The notes under the pieces: generated by a model
Told to the model about the DNA's origin: nothing
What the model saw: only the letters and a program-made list of their open reading frames with translations
The model's database searches: none
Shown: piece by piece, positions 1 to 9,736 of the stretch
Layout: each line of letters starts with the position of its first letter
How positions within the stretch are numbered: the first letter of the stretch is position 1
Assembly: GCA_963714975.1 (NCBI GenBank)
Contig: CAVQQD010000003.1
Coordinates: forward strand, 782,624-846,623
DNA: 64,000 nucleotides
From: an uncultured Gammaproteobacteria bacterium
GTDB lineage: Bacteria; Pseudomonadota; Gammaproteobacteria; JAURND01
Direction of reading: 5' to 3'
Program-made: the position numbers and the translations under genes

Positions 1-651
1 TTGTTCTGTTTGTTGTAGGCGCCAGTCCAACTCGTCGACAGAAGGAACTTCTATGCTGGCTTCATCTAAGTATTCAGGCCTGCGGTAAATAATGGAGAGA
101 AAAATTTTTCTTTTTTTGCTGATTTGAAATTCGGAAGAAATTTCATGAGGGTTTTTTAAGTTGAGTGGCATATTGCCGGAGATCAGCAAACCGTTGTTAC
201 TGCCCAGCGCAATGTAAGAGCTGCGTTTGTAACGACGAATCCAAGGTTTTACTGCGGCATAATCAAAGCAAGGTATTAGATCGAGTCGAAATCTTATATT
301 TCCTGAAGTAACTTCCAAAACGCGAATTATTTGTTGGTAAGGTTTGTGCTGGCCCCCTTTGCGCATCGTAAAAAAATCGGTCAAAAGCGCTTCGCCAGTC
401 TTAGTCTGAAACAATGTCTCTAAGATCATGGTTCGTTCACGGTAGCGCTGCGATGACTTAAAACGTCCGATAGGGCGGATTTGGCAATGGCCCCCATTTT
501 CCCAATCGAGCAATCTACCAAAGCAACTTGCCGAATCAATTCTGGGCATACAGCACCAGTCAATGGATCCATATTTGGAAATTAAGGCAGAAGAATGACA
601 ATCACTGATATAACCATAATCACTAATTGGCACATTAGTTTTGGTAGGCAT
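1..651 (-). CDS. Glycoside hydrolase family 15 (glucoamylase/trehalase-like) protein, N-terminal part; the gene continues past the left edge of the window
   Basis: Minus-strand ATG (plus 649-651) opens MPTKTNVPISDYGYISDCHSSALISKYGSIDWCCMPRIDSASCFGRLLDWENGG..., which matches the GYISDC / IDWCC-PR-DS block of GH15 N-termini. A purine-rich AAGGAAC sits just upstream and no stop occurs before position 1. Confidence 0.6.
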   Translation of the reverse strand, partial: MPTKTNVPISDYGYISDCHSSALISKYGSIDWCCMPRIDSASCFGRLLDWENGGHCQIRPIGRFKSSQRYRERTMILETLFQTKTGEALLTDFFTMRKGGQHKPYQQIIRVLEVTSGNIRFRLDLIPCFDYAAVKPWIRRYKRSSYIALGSNNGLLISGNMPLNLKNPHEISSEFQISKKRKIFLSIIYRRPEYLDEASIEVPSVDELDWRLQQTEQ

Positions 652-704
652 TTTGTTCCTTCGTTCCCTGAAGTTTGCGGAAATAAATTCCCCTTATGCA
701 AATC

Positions 705-810
705 CCCATTCCATCCTGAGGATGGCCGGTCCGCTTGTCCTGAGGAGCGAAGCGTCTCGAAAGGACGGCTGCTTCCTTCGTGACGCTTCGCTCCTCAGGA
801 CGAACGGGGA
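705..810. repeat. Imperfect palindromic (hairpin-forming) element, family 1
   Basis: The 20-bp arms GTCCTGAGGAGCGAAGCGTC (737-756) and GACGCTTCGCTCCTCAGGAC (782-801) are exact reverse complements. The 28-nt core GACGCTTCGCTCCTCAGGACGAA(C/T)GGGG (782-809) recurs inside the NRPS gene at 21404-21431. The element is intergenic between convergent-oriented neighbours. Confidence 0.7.
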
Positions 811-817
811 AGAGGGG

Positions 818-1234
818 TTATTCGCATTTACTATTGCAAGATTTAACGCATTGCCATAGAGCAATATGAGCGCCCGTAGGGTCAGTAAGGATAGCAAATC
901 GTCCAAGGTCTCCTATATCGGTGCTAGGAACTTTCACGGTGGCACCTAGGGATGTTGCTTTAGTAAGCGTTTCATCGATATTGTCTACACTAACATAGCT
1001 CATCCAGTGCGGAGGAATTTGCCCTTGTTTGTCTGCGGGAGTTTCTATAATACCGCCGCAATCACCACTAGGGGTTTTAATCATGGTATATTTTTGATTA
1101 TTTTCACTACATGTTTCACTCTCTCGATACTCCCAATTAAATAAAGCTTGGTAAAAAGATTTTGCTTTTTCCACGTCAGGTGTCATTAATTCATTCCAGC
1201 AAAAATCTCCGTGCTTTGATGGGTTTTTACTCAT
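818..1234 (-). CDS. VOC (glyoxalase/bleomycin-resistance/PhnB-like) family protein
   Basis: 138-aa ORF with a strong SD (AGGAGA 8 nt upstream of the ATG). Composition and motifs such as HGDFCWNEL, GATVKVP and FAILTDPTGAHIALWQ fit the PhnB-like VOC fold. Confidence 0.55.
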   Translation of the reverse strand: MSKNPSKHGDFCWNELMTPDVEKAKSFYQALFNWEYRESETCSENNQKYTMIKTPSGDCGGIIETPADKQGQIPPHWMSYVSVDNIDETLTKATSLGATVKVPSTDIGDLGRFAILTDPTGAHIALWQCVKSCNSKCE

Positions 1235-1390
1235 AAGTTTTTCTCCTATTGGGTTGTCTAAAAAAAATGCTTCTGATTATGGCATAGTGTATTAACTAGT
1301 GAAACTCTTTCATAACTATCACACCGTCATCCTGGATAATCTGGACAATCCCGCGATCAAGTCGCCAAAGCGGGTCGCTGATGTGGGTAG

Positions 1391-2299
1391 TTATGAATGC
1401 ACAATTTCAAATTTTGATTTTGAAGGTTTGGCATTTTTTTCGATAAATTCAATAATTGCTCCCGCGACATCGAGGCCAGTAGTTTTTTCAATACCTTCAA
1501 GTCCAGGGGATGAGTTGACTTCAATAATTAGAGGTCCGCGTTCAGAACGCAGCATGTCTACCCCAGCGACATTTAAGCCAACAAAATTTGCAGCTAAAAT
1601 GGCAGTTTTTTCTTCTTGTGAGGTTAGTTCAATATTATTGCTACTGCCACCGCGGTGAATATTAGACCTAAAATCTCCAGGTTTTGCTCGACGTTCCATA
1701 GCAGCCACTACTTTGCCTCCAATCACTAAGCAGCGTAAATCGGCTCCTTTAGATTCTTTAATATATTCCTGGACCATGATATTGACTTTCAGGCCCAAAA
1801 AAGCTTCGATTACGCTTTCAGCGGCTTTACCCGTCTCTGCTAAAACCACCCCAATACCTTGGGTCCCTTCTAATAATTTAATTACCAAGGGTGGCCCCCC
1901 CACCATTTTTATTAAGTCATTGATATCTCCAGGAGAATGGGAGAAACCCGTGATCGGTAAGCCTAACCCTTTACTAGATAAGAGTTGCAGGCAGCGTAAT
2001 TTGTCGCGTGAACGAATTATTGGCATAGATCGATTCACACAATAAACTCCCATCATTTCAAATTGACGTACTAAAGCAGTGCCATAGAAAGTAATTGAAG
2101 CACCAATACGAGGGATCACTGCATCAAATCGCGGCAAAGCTTCACCTCGATAGTGAATGGTAGGATGATGAGAGGCAATATTCATATAGCAACGCAGCGG
2201 ATTTACTAAGTGAACCTCATGATTTCGTTGACTGGCAGCAGTTACTAGGCGGCGTGTCGAGTGAAGCTTTGGATTGCGGGTTAATATCGCTATTTTCAT
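1391..2299 (-). CDS. rimK: Ribosomal protein S6--L-glutamate ligase RimK (ATP-grasp)
   Basis: The 302-aa ORF opens [18 protein letters not shown] and has ATP-grasp motifs typical of RimK. The start codon is a clean ATG. Confidence 0.85.
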   Translation of the reverse strand: MKIAILTRNPKLHSTRRLVTAASQRNHEVHLVNPLRCYMNIASHHPTIHYRGEALPRFDAVIPRIGASITFYGTALVRQFEMMGVYCVNRSMPIIRSRDKLRCLQLLSSKGLGLPITGFSHSPGDINDLIKMVGGPPLVIKLLEGTQGIGVVLAETGKAAESVIEAFLGLKVNIMVQEYIKESKGADLRCLVIGGKVVAAMERRAKPGDFRSNIHRGGSSNNIELTSQEEKTAILAANFVGLNVAGVDMLRSERGPLIIEVNSSPGLEGIEKTTGLDVAGAIIEFIEKNAKPSKSKFEIVHS

Positions 2300-2322
2300 A
2301 ATGAATCTCAGCCAAATTTAAG

Positions 2323-2793
2323 TTAAGTCGACGCAGGAGTTGTTACTAAATAAGATAAGGCGGGATTGACGATCACACGCTTCCTCATCGCCGTGCGGCC
2401 TAGCAACATGCGAAAATGCATGGTGTCGCGATTAGTTAAAGTCACTTCAATTGGCCAGGAATCTGCACCTATCTGTATTAGTGTTTTAATCACATAGCGC
2501 CGCTCACGATGTCCCCCGGAGTCGGTTACCCAGCGGATATCTTCAACTTGGGTGACACATTCTACGACTACATCGCTACGGCGTTGCAAAGGGTGGATTT
2601 TAAAACGAATATAGTGCCTTCCATGTTTTTTAAACGATTTTATTCCAAAGGCGTGAAGCGCTGAAGTTCGAGCGCCGCTATCTACCTTGACCTTGATGTG
2701 ATTGATGCCTAAGTTGGGTAATGCCACCCATTCCCGCCATCCTACAGTCATTTGTGATTTTTGAACATTACGTAGTAGCTTCTTTTCCTTCAT
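2323..2793 (-). CDS. RimK-associated retropepsin-like aspartic protease (the 'putative ATP-dependent zinc protease' family, RimB-like)
   Basis: 156-aa ORF immediately upstream of rimK on the same strand, with a 23-nt gap. It carries a VDSGARTSALHA motif (DSGA aspartic-protease signature), and the conserved gene pairing with rimK supports the call. Confidence 0.6.
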   Translation of the reverse strand: MKEKKLLRNVQKSQMTVGWREWVALPNLGINHIKVKVDSGARTSALHAFGIKSFKKHGRHYIRFKIHPLQRRSDVVVECVTQVEDIRWVTDSGGHRERRYVIKTLIQIGADSWPIEVTLTNRDTMHFRMLLGRTAMRKRVIVNPALSYLVTTPAST

Positions 2794-2897
2794 TTCTAAT
2801 CGGTCCTTTTCGATAGGTCGGCGAAGTGTAGCATAGGCAAGGGCAGAAATTCATCTTGACCGTAACTTCCCAGCCAAGTACTATTTCGGCTGGCCAT

Positions 2898-2973
<76 letters not shown>

Positions 2974-3425
2974 ATGGAAATCCATTTCAAATCAAGCAGT
3001 TATATCGAACTATCCCCTTTCGTTTTGTCTAACACAAAAACCGCTTGCGCGACTTTGCTTTCTGGCTCAAATACCACCATTCAAAAATTGCTGAAGTGCA
3101 GTAATTTGAGTATGTAATTGCCCAGTACTCACCTTAGAATCTTCAAGTAAAGTGCTTTGAATTACGTGGCGTCGTGCCATAGTTAAAGCAGGCGCACCAT
3201 TTTTGGTGCAGACTTTATTTGCCGCTGCAATTAAATTATTAATTTAATAATTCCAATCCACAAGAAGTCAAGTCTACGCTTTAAAAATTTTTAAAAAAAT
3301 TAGAATAAGTGATTTATTTTTCTTATTAATTGGGTTATCATTTCTTTAAATTAAATTGAACCTTTTAGAGATGCAAGCATACTCAAAGTAACTCAAGCCA
3401 GTAATATCAAAATAGGGGGAAACTT

Positions 3426-4184
3426 ATGGAAGATAAAAAAAGCAATTTGAAGCAGCGAAGCACGGCTAGTCTATTGCAGGAGGTATCGTCAAATATAGAG
3501 TACCAAAATAATGAAATTATCAGAGAATTATTCGAGAGAAAATTTGAAACTACAGAACAAGCCAAACAAATAATCAACGTAGCTGAGAAACTTGCCATGA
3601 GGGGTAATATGGAGGCCCAATTCCAATTGGGATGCTGCTATGGAGCCGGAAAATGGGTTAAGTATGACTCCGAAAAAATGATGAAATTCTATAAATTAGC
3701 TGCTGATCAAGGTTTAGTAGAAGCGCAATTCAGCTGGGCCTACAACCAATGCCACTTCTGCTTACTCCCCGAGATAGAAAACCAAAAAGAAGGGTTGAGG
3801 ATGTATCTGCTTGCTGCTCTACAAGGTCATGTAAAAGCAAAGGAGAATCTATTTTATTTGTGGAAGTTCCCTAAAAATACTGATACAGCCTATGAGTTAG
3901 GAGTACAATTTGTTCTGGAAAAAATACATTCCACGAGTGAACAACACAAGCAATTACTAGAAAATCAATTGCGGCTTTTAAAAGAAAATTTTGATCCCCA
4001 TCTTGGAAATAAAAAAATCGCAACCTTCGAAGAAGAAACAAACGCAAGTTTGTTCCAACAAAAGAATACTTTTTTTAATAGTCAACAAGCTACAGAAGAA
4101 AAGAAGCCCATTAATCAGTCTATGGGAGGGAAAGTTAAAGAAAAAGAACTGATTGTCCCAAAGTGTTTTGGTCCGCCACCTTAG
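3426..4184 (+). CDS. Sel1-like repeat (SLR/TPR-like) protein
   Basis: The 252-aa ORF has a good SD (AGGGGGAAACTT ATG). It contains repeated A-x-F-x-LG-x-x-Y-x-x-G units (AQFQLGCCYGAGKWVKYD..., AQFSWAYNQ...) characteristic of Sel1 repeats. Confidence 0.6.
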   Translation: MEDKKSNLKQRSTASLLQEVSSNIEYQNNEIIRELFERKFETTEQAKQIINVAEKLAMRGNMEAQFQLGCCYGAGKWVKYDSEKMMKFYKLAADQGLVEAQFSWAYNQCHFCLLPEIENQKEGLRMYLLAALQGHVKAKENLFYLWKFPKNTDTAYELGVQFVLEKIHSTSEQHKQLLENQLRLLKENFDPHLGNKKIATFEEETNASLFQQKNTFFNSQQATEEKKPINQSMGGKVKEKELIVPKCFGPPP

Positions 4185-4439
4185 CTGAAAGTTAAGAAAA
4201 TACGATACTTCAAGATGCTAAAAAGACAGTATCTTGAAGTGCAATGGGTATATACTGAGCTGCGCCACGAAAAAATCACACCCCATTTAAATGGATTTAA
4301 ACGACTGAAAGCTGTTAATGTGCTCATATAAACTCTCAGCCAATGCGCATTGATTTTTTTCATATTCTTCGTAGCGCTGATTAATCTCTGCATGTTGATC
4401 TAATAGTAATTCTGCCGCGCCGTTAATAACTGGAACAAG

Positions 4440-4640
4440 CGCAAGCATTATTAAATGATGCTTGCCCACTCAATGCTCCTGCCCGTGCTGACCTGCGGCG
4501 TGATTTTTTACAACAATTAGCAGAATATAAAAAAGCTGACCCTGATAAGCCGCCCACCTCAGCAAGCGTTACAAAAGCGCGCTATTCAAGTGAGTTCATC
4601 AGTAACAACAACTACTACGAGTCGATTAATTTCCCCACAA
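4440..4640. repeat. Inverted duplicate of the 3' end of the WD40 gene (gene-end remnant)
   Basis: Plus-strand 4440-4560 is near-identical to the reverse complement of ~4880-5000. It encodes ...NAPARADLRRDFLQQLAEYKKADPDKPP, versus the WD40 protein C-terminus ...NAPARADLRRDFLKQLAEYKKADPAKPP. There is no upstream ORF, so it reads as a truncated remnant. Confidence 0.6.
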
Positions 4641-4777
4641 GCTAAGTGATAATAGTGATCTCGATCTGACGCGCAGCACGCGGACATTATAAATCATTGA
4701 TTCAGATACAAAAATTCACGAGAATTCGTCACGAATTCCACGTGACGGTCTCGATTTTAAGGCAATCCCTTGGGATA

Positions 4778-6790
4778 TTAGGTTGACGAAGACGAATAGG
4801 TTGTGGAGCTCGAGGAGGCGACCTGTGACAAGCTACTCTGTCCTTGAATATCACGCAAGAGTTGCATCATATTTTGCAACGCTTGCTGCTGTGCTGATGT
4901 GGGTGGTTTAGCAGGGTCCGCTTTTTTATATTCTGCTAATTGTTTCAAAAAATCACGCCGCAGGTCAGCGCGGGCAGGAGCATTGGGTGGGCAAGCGGTA
5001 TTGAGTAGTTCTTGGGCTTGTTTCAATAATGCACCGGTGGTGAGTAAGGGAGTCTTCATGCTCGGAGGAGATTTTTGCTCTGATTGCGGGGCAGAAAAAA
5101 ATTGTGGATAGGCAGTAATAGGTGGTTGGGATTTTTGGCTGGAGCTTGGTGCAGAAGCAAGCCAAGGCCTAGGTGTTGTGAACGAAAATAATCCTCGCTT
5201 AGCAGTGGATCCCACAGATTTATTGTCTTTAGGCTGAGACGATGGAAGAGAGGGTTGTTTTAATTGAGTAGTTGATGATTGAGGTAAATTCAATGGAGCT
5301 GTACGAGAGGGTAGAGTAGCACGACGTGCTTTTGCGGAGGAAGATACCTTGGATTCTGTTTGAGGCGATACTGTTTCACTCACTTGAACTGATAATGATA
5401 AATCCTCCGAATTGACCTTAGTTTGTGCAATGTTTTGCGTTTCTTGAACCAGGGTAGTGCTGGGTTGTGCTCTTTTTTCTTCAGGAGGTTCCACCAAAAC
5501 CTCTTTCACATTCGCCCCATAGAGCTCCAATAAGCGTTTACTCTGGCTGTCCATACGGCAGCCCTGTAACTCTACCCCTTGAACCAGCAAGGGCATGGCC
5601 GAATGGGATGGCATTCCCACAAAACGCACTGAAGTATCTTTTCGAGAGACGGCCCAAAGACTGATAGTGCCTGCCCCATCACCGAAGGCTAAGCCGTCTT
5701 CATCAAGACGCAAGGAATTGAGAATATCTTCGTCGTTCTGAGCCAAAAAATGAGCGGTAGTCACGGCGACCGTGAAAATAGCTTGATGCCAAGAGATCAC
5801 CCCTAAACTGCGACCACTCTTGATCTCCCACAGACGCACGGTTTTATCATCGCTACCGGAGGCCAGCCAGTGGCCCTTGAGGTTGAAGGCGACACTTTTC
5901 ACCGCCATCGAATGCCCTCTGAGCTCACTCATCGGCTTTTGAGTGGTGGTATCCCACAGGCGCACGGTTTTATCAGAGCTTCCCGAGGCTAGCCAGCGGC
6001 CATCTGGGCTGAAAGCGACACTATGCACTACATTCGAATGCCCAGTGAGCAAACCTGCGGGCTTTTGGGTGGTCACGTCCCACAACCGCACGGTGTTATT
6101 CCAACTGCCACCGGACGCTAACCAGCTGCCATTGGGGCTGAAGGCGACACTGTTCACCGAATATGAATGTCCGGTGAGCTTGTCCAGGAATTTTTGTGTG
6201 GTGACTTCCCACAGGCGCACGGTATTGTCCTCGCTGCCGGAGGCGAGCCAACGTCCGTCTGGACTAAAGGCGACACTTTCCACTTTTCCTGAATGCCCGG
6301 TGAGCGGTTGGCCTACTAGCTTTTGCTCAGTCACGTCCCACAGACGTACGGTATGATCAAGACTGCCGGAGGCGAGCCAACGGCCATCAAAGCTGAAGGC
6401 AACACTCAGCACGAAACTCGAATGCCCTTTGAGTTGGCCTATTGGCTTTTGCTCAGTCACGTCCCACAGGCGCACGGTGTTATCCCAACTGCCGGAGGCG
6501 AGCCAACGTCCGTCTGGACTGAAGGCGACACTACTCACGTCTTTTGAGTGCCCGGTGAGTGGCTGGCCGATGGGTTGGCCGGTGCTATTGTCTTGGAACA
6601 TAATCGTGTTTCCTTGCGAGACCGCCAACCAGGGTTTGCTGGAGTGCCAGGCAATAGCCGAAGCTGCTTCAGCCAACGGCAACCAGGGTCGCTCCCCCCA
6701 GTCGGCTTCCCGTAGATCAGCGCCCTTAAGATTAGCGTGATAGAGGATGGTGTGGCGCAGGGTAGCGCCGCGCAGGTTGGCCTCTCGCAA
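4778..6790 (-). CDS. Pentapeptide-repeat + WD40-repeat protein with a Ser/Pro/Gln-rich C-terminal tail
   Basis: The N-terminus carries pentapeptide repeats (ANLRGATLRHTILYHANLKGADLREAD). About 8 WD40 units follow (GHS..V.SVAFSPDGRWLASGS.D.TVRLWDV) and are near-identical at the DNA level. The C-terminus is a low-complexity S/P/Q tail. Local GC is well above the window baseline. Confidence 0.8.
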   Translation of the reverse strand: MREANLRGATLRHTILYHANLKGADLREADWGERPWLPLAEAASAIAWHSSKPWLAVSQGNTIMFQDNSTGQPIGQPLTGHSKDVSSVAFSPDGRWLASGSWDNTVRLWDVTEQKPIGQLKGHSSFVLSVAFSFDGRWLASGSLDHTVRLWDVTEQKLVGQPLTGHSGKVESVAFSPDGRWLASGSEDNTVRLWEVTTQKFLDKLTGHSYSVNSVAFSPNGSWLASGGSWNNTVRLWDVTTQKPAGLLTGHSNVVHSVAFSPDGRWLASGSSDKTVRLWDTTTQKPMSELRGHSMAVKSVAFNLKGHWLASGSDDKTVRLWEIKSGRSLGVISWHQAIFTVAVTTAHFLAQNDEDILNSLRLDEDGLAFGDGAGTISLWAVSRKDTSVRFVGMPSHSAMPLLVQGVELQGCRMDSQSKRLLELYGANVKEVLVEPPEEKRAQPSTTLVQETQNIAQTKVNSEDLSLSVQVSETVSPQTESKVSSSAKARRATLPSRTAPLNLPQSSTTQLKQPSLPSSQPKDNKSVGSTAKRGLFSFTTPRPWLASAPSSSQKSQPPITAYPQFFSAPQSEQKSPPSMKTPLLTTGALLKQAQELLNTACPPNAPARADLRRDFLKQLAEYKKADPAKPPTSAQQQALQNMMQLLRDIQGQSSLSQVASSSSTTYSSSST

Positions 6791-6941
6791 ATCAGTATGC
6801 GCCAGAAACCCGTAGCTAAAATCTGCACCCGGGAGTTGCGCGCCACGCCAATCGCGCCCGCTAAAGTTGATCTGGCAGGCATTGAGTACCGTCGCGGCAT
6901 TAGCAGAGGCAGTCGCTAAGCTGGTCTCTTTCTTGCTGCGA

Positions 6942-7430
6942 TCAATCAGGGCGAACAGGGCTTGTAGTCATAAAATAATCCCCGAGGGAAGCATGAAAAA
7001 AATGCCAGCTGTGATCACTACTTTCTTGCAAGGGGCAGCCCTGGCGCAAGCGAGCACCATCGGGGAGTTGATCGCTCAGTAACTGTTGTGCTGGATCCTC
7101 TTCCAGGCTAGGAGTGGAGGAGTCGTAGCGCAAGCTCACCTGATTAGCTACCAACAGGCATTGGGCAAATTGGAAACAAAACACTCGATAGGCCGCTTTG
7201 AGCCAATATACCTGTACGTCATCGCCGCCTTTCGCTGCTTGTTCCTTAAGAGCCTGCATCGCTGGTTTGCCGAGAATAGTCGCGGGGTCTTGCAGGAAAC
7301 TGCGTTGCTGCCAGGCTTTTCGAGCCTGACGAGTAAACCACTGCTCCGGTTTGTTCTGACGTGAATGGCGAGAGGAGGCGCATCCGGTAACGCGACCAAT
7401 CTGGCGCTCCCTGGTCGGTATGCGGGACAA
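6942..7430 (-). CDS. Linker ORF between the NACHT-like ORF and the WD40 ORF; probably a frameshifted segment of one larger STAND-type gene
   Basis: It overlaps 7246..8007 in a different frame and is separated from the WD40 ORF by 151 nt in a third frame. No recognisable domain is present. Confidence 0.3.
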   Translation of the reverse strand: MSRIPTRERQIGRVTGCASSRHSRQNKPEQWFTRQARKAWQQRSFLQDPATILGKPAMQALKEQAAKGGDDVQVYWLKAAYRVFCFQFAQCLLVANQVSLRYDSSTPSLEEDPAQQLLSDQLPDGARLRQGCPLQESSDHSWHFFHASLGDYFMTTSPVRPD

Positions 7431-8007
7431 AACTTTCGGCCTCGTTGAGCGCCTGCATCCGCTGGCTGCGACAGCCGATGATCAGCTTCACCCTGTCCTT
7501 GGTCTCACGCAAATGATTGGCATCATATAAATTGATAGCGGCTTGTCCTGGGATTTCATCATAACCGTCGGCAATCCATAGGGTATGATACTCGCTTTGT
7601 AGCTCCCGAATTTCATTGCGGGTGAAGCCGCCAATCTCGGGAAGACTACGATAATAATCCCACAACTGCTGGGGATTAACTTGAGCGGAAGATAAGGGAA
7701 TAAACAGCGGCATTAACGCTTGAGGTGGCGGATCCCCGGGACGATAAGCCTGCCAGGCGGGGTCTTGCCACAGAATTTGGAGCAGATGGCGATTAAAGGT
7801 GCTTTTGCCCGCACCGCCCACGCCTTGCAGCACCAATACCTGGGCAGGACCTTGTAAGAATTCTTTTTCTACCCAAGGATATAGGGGATCGCAGGGTTGT
7901 CCCATCCCGGCTTGCGACTGACCGTTAGGGGCGATATAGCAAGAGAGTTCTTGGTTGAGCTGGGGGTCGGTTAATACCATGTGGCGGCTACCCCGGTTGG
8001 CCGCCAT
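7246..8007 (-). CDS. NACHT-type P-loop NTPase domain ORF (STAND family)
   Basis: Walker A VLVLQGVGGAGKST is present. A NACHT-style Walker B hhhhDGhDE appears as TLWIADGYDEIP. Confidence 0.55.
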   Translation of the reverse strand: MAANRGSRHMVLTDPQLNQELSCYIAPNGQSQAGMGQPCDPLYPWVEKEFLQGPAQVLVLQGVGGAGKSTFNRHLLQILWQDPAWQAYRPGDPPPQALMPLFIPLSSAQVNPQQLWDYYRSLPEIGGFTRNEIRELQSEYHTLWIADGYDEIPGQAAINLYDANHLRETKDRVKLIIGCRSQRMQALNEAESFVPHTDQGAPDWSRYRMRLLSPFTSEQTGAVVYSSGSKSLAATQFPARPRDYSRQTSDAGS

Positions 8008-9736
8008 AGGTACTACGCAGCACTAGGCCGGAAGTGCCTTCCCCCACGATGTTTTTCGTGGCTTCGGCGGTGATTTTTTCCTGACAAAATCGCTGACTCT
8101 CTTCAGCGCTAATTGCCAAATCTGTAGCTGGCCTGCTAGGAGTGGGGGTGGTCTGTTGCGTCTCGCTACCCAGGGTGCCGCGGTAGCGGCCTTCCCAGGT
8201 ACTTAGGTCAAATTGGGGATCACTGGTGTAACGGTTATACCGCGCCGGGAGTAAATGCCCCTTCGCATCGTGCGGCATGAAGTATGTGCTCTCTTCCAGC
8301 TTCGTCGCGGCGCTGAGAGTACTGTGTAATAGCAACCGCGTGCGTTCGGCGGCTCGGTACAATGCATTAGCTTCATACAGATTACGTGGTTCCTGCAGGG
8401 AATCAGGGCTCTGGACCAGCCAAAATAACGCATAGTGACTCTGTAATTCATGCCATTCGGCTTCGGTAAAATCGGCGGTTCCCGTCGGGGGCTGATGGCG
8501 ATGGATAAATAAGGGCGAAGTCCCCTTTTGGGGGGCCACTTGCAGGGGCAGCCAAGTGCTAGGGGGTGGATCCCCCGGACGGAATGCTTGCCATTCGGGG
8601 GCTTGCCATAAACCTCGTGCGGTTTCTGTCAATGGCGCACTCGGATCTTCTTCATCCTTACCGAGCCACAACAACACTTCAATTCGAGAATGGAACAGGG
8701 TTTGTTGAATGGCCTTTTGCAATCCAGGTACCGCTTTGGATTCGGATTGTGCTTGAAAATGATCGCGCAATTGACACAGTTTCACCCCCACTCCATAGCG
8801 CGGATCAGACGGATTGAGCCACCCCACGCTTTGATCGTCAGTCAATAACAAGACACCCCCTAAAGAACTCGTTCTCAGCGTGGTATTCACCAGAGAAGCG
8901 GTAATTGTCAGGGATTCACTCATTTCTGGCTTGGGCGAGGGCGTGGATACAGACACTTCATATTTTTTCTCTTTTTCTTCGGAGAAGGGCACCCCCTCCG
9001 GCCCCTTCGACCCGGCCCGTTGCCAGCAGGCATCTAGCCCTTTGGCCAGAGTTTTTAACGAAGGACGAGCCGAGGCCACCGGATCCGTGGCCGCTTTCAG
9101 GAATGCGATTAAGTCCGGCGGACAGGTAGGTGGCAGCCCTGCTCCTTTCTGCCACTCTTTGGCCACAGTGGAGGAGCCACTCGCGATGTGCCAAATCAAC
9201 TGCCCGAGCTTCTCCACATCTTCGGCTTCCGTCATGGGCGTCTCTTGTACCAAGGGCAGCAGTTGGGCTCGACCTTGAGCATCGAGGTATAAGTGCTGGC
9301 AATCCCAACCGAGGTGGGTCGCGCCCAGGGTACGGCGTTGGTATACACCCACCGCCACATCCCGCAATAGGCGACAGCGATTGACCCAAGACTTATTGGC
9401 GGGTGATTTCAGAAACTGATCAAAGCGCATTTCAGGTAAAGCCGCTAGGACTAAGGAACTGCTTTTGGTCCCCTGACAAATCCCTTTAACCGGTAACCAA
9501 AAGGGTAAGGCGCTTTGGGCAAAAGCTTGCAGGGACTTTTGCTGTAGTGGGGAAGCAGGCAACAGCTGCACCGTCACCGCTTCTCCTTGATAAGTCCCCC
9601 GGAACAAGGTAGTGGATTTTCCTTCGAGGGGCTTACCCTGTTGCAGCGCTTCGGCAGAAAGCATGGGCCAGGAAGCGGAAGTTTTGCTTCCCTGATTCGA
9701 ACTTGTGGGGGATGATGTGAGAGATGGTTCCTGCAT
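7988..9736 (-). CDS. Pseudokinase-like N-terminal domain plus a degenerate NACHT-like repeat; the upstream part of the STAND locus
   Basis: The N-terminus has a kinase-like fold (GKSTTLFRGTYQGEAVTVQLL ... HLGWDCQHLYLD) without a canonical catalytic loop. The C-terminal half parallels the 7246..8007 protein (WQAPEWQAFRPGDPPP / LYEANALYRAAERTRLLL versus WQDPAWQAYRPGDPPP / LYDANHLRETKDRVKLII) but lacks a Walker A. Confidence 0.5.
   Translation of the reverse strand: MQEPSLTSSPTSSNQGSKTSASWPMLSAEALQQGKPLEGKSTTLFRGTYQGEAVTVQLLPASPLQQKSLQAFAQSALPFWLPVKGICQGTKSSSLVLAALPEMRFDQFLKSPANKSWVNRCRLLRDVAVGVYQRRTLGATHLGWDCQHLYLDAQGRAQLLPLVQETPMTEAEDVEKLGQLIWHIASGSSTVAKEWQKGAGLPPTCPPDLIAFLKAATDPVASARPSLKTLAKGLDACWQRAGSKGPEGVPFSEEKEKKYEVSVSTPSPKPEMSESLTITASLVNTTLRTSSLGGVLLLTDDQSVGWLNPSDPRYGVGVKLCQLRDHFQAQSESKAVPGLQKAIQQTLFHSRIEVLLWLGKDEEDPSAPLTETARGLWQAPEWQAFRPGDPPPSTWLPLQVAPQKGTSPLFIHRHQPPTGTADFTEAEWHELQSHYALFWLVQSPDSLQEPRNLYEANALYRAAERTRLLLHSTLSAATKLEESTYFMPHDAKGHLLPARYNRYTSDPQFDLSTWEGRYRGTLGSETQQTTPTPSRPATDLAISAEESQRFCQEKITAEATKNIVGEGTSGLVLRSTYGGQPG

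Noticed and set aside
595-906. Three overlapping small ORFs (595..783, 641..859, 694..906)
   Set aside because: They lie across the intergenic palindromic element between the GH15 start and the VOC gene end. Their translations are low-complexity mirror images produced by the hairpin, not genes.
5943-6740. Plus-strand ORFs (5943..6356, 6323..6547, 6429..6740) with internally repetitive translations
   Set aside because: They are antisense to the near-identical WD40 repeat units. The periodic repeats generate open antisense frames.
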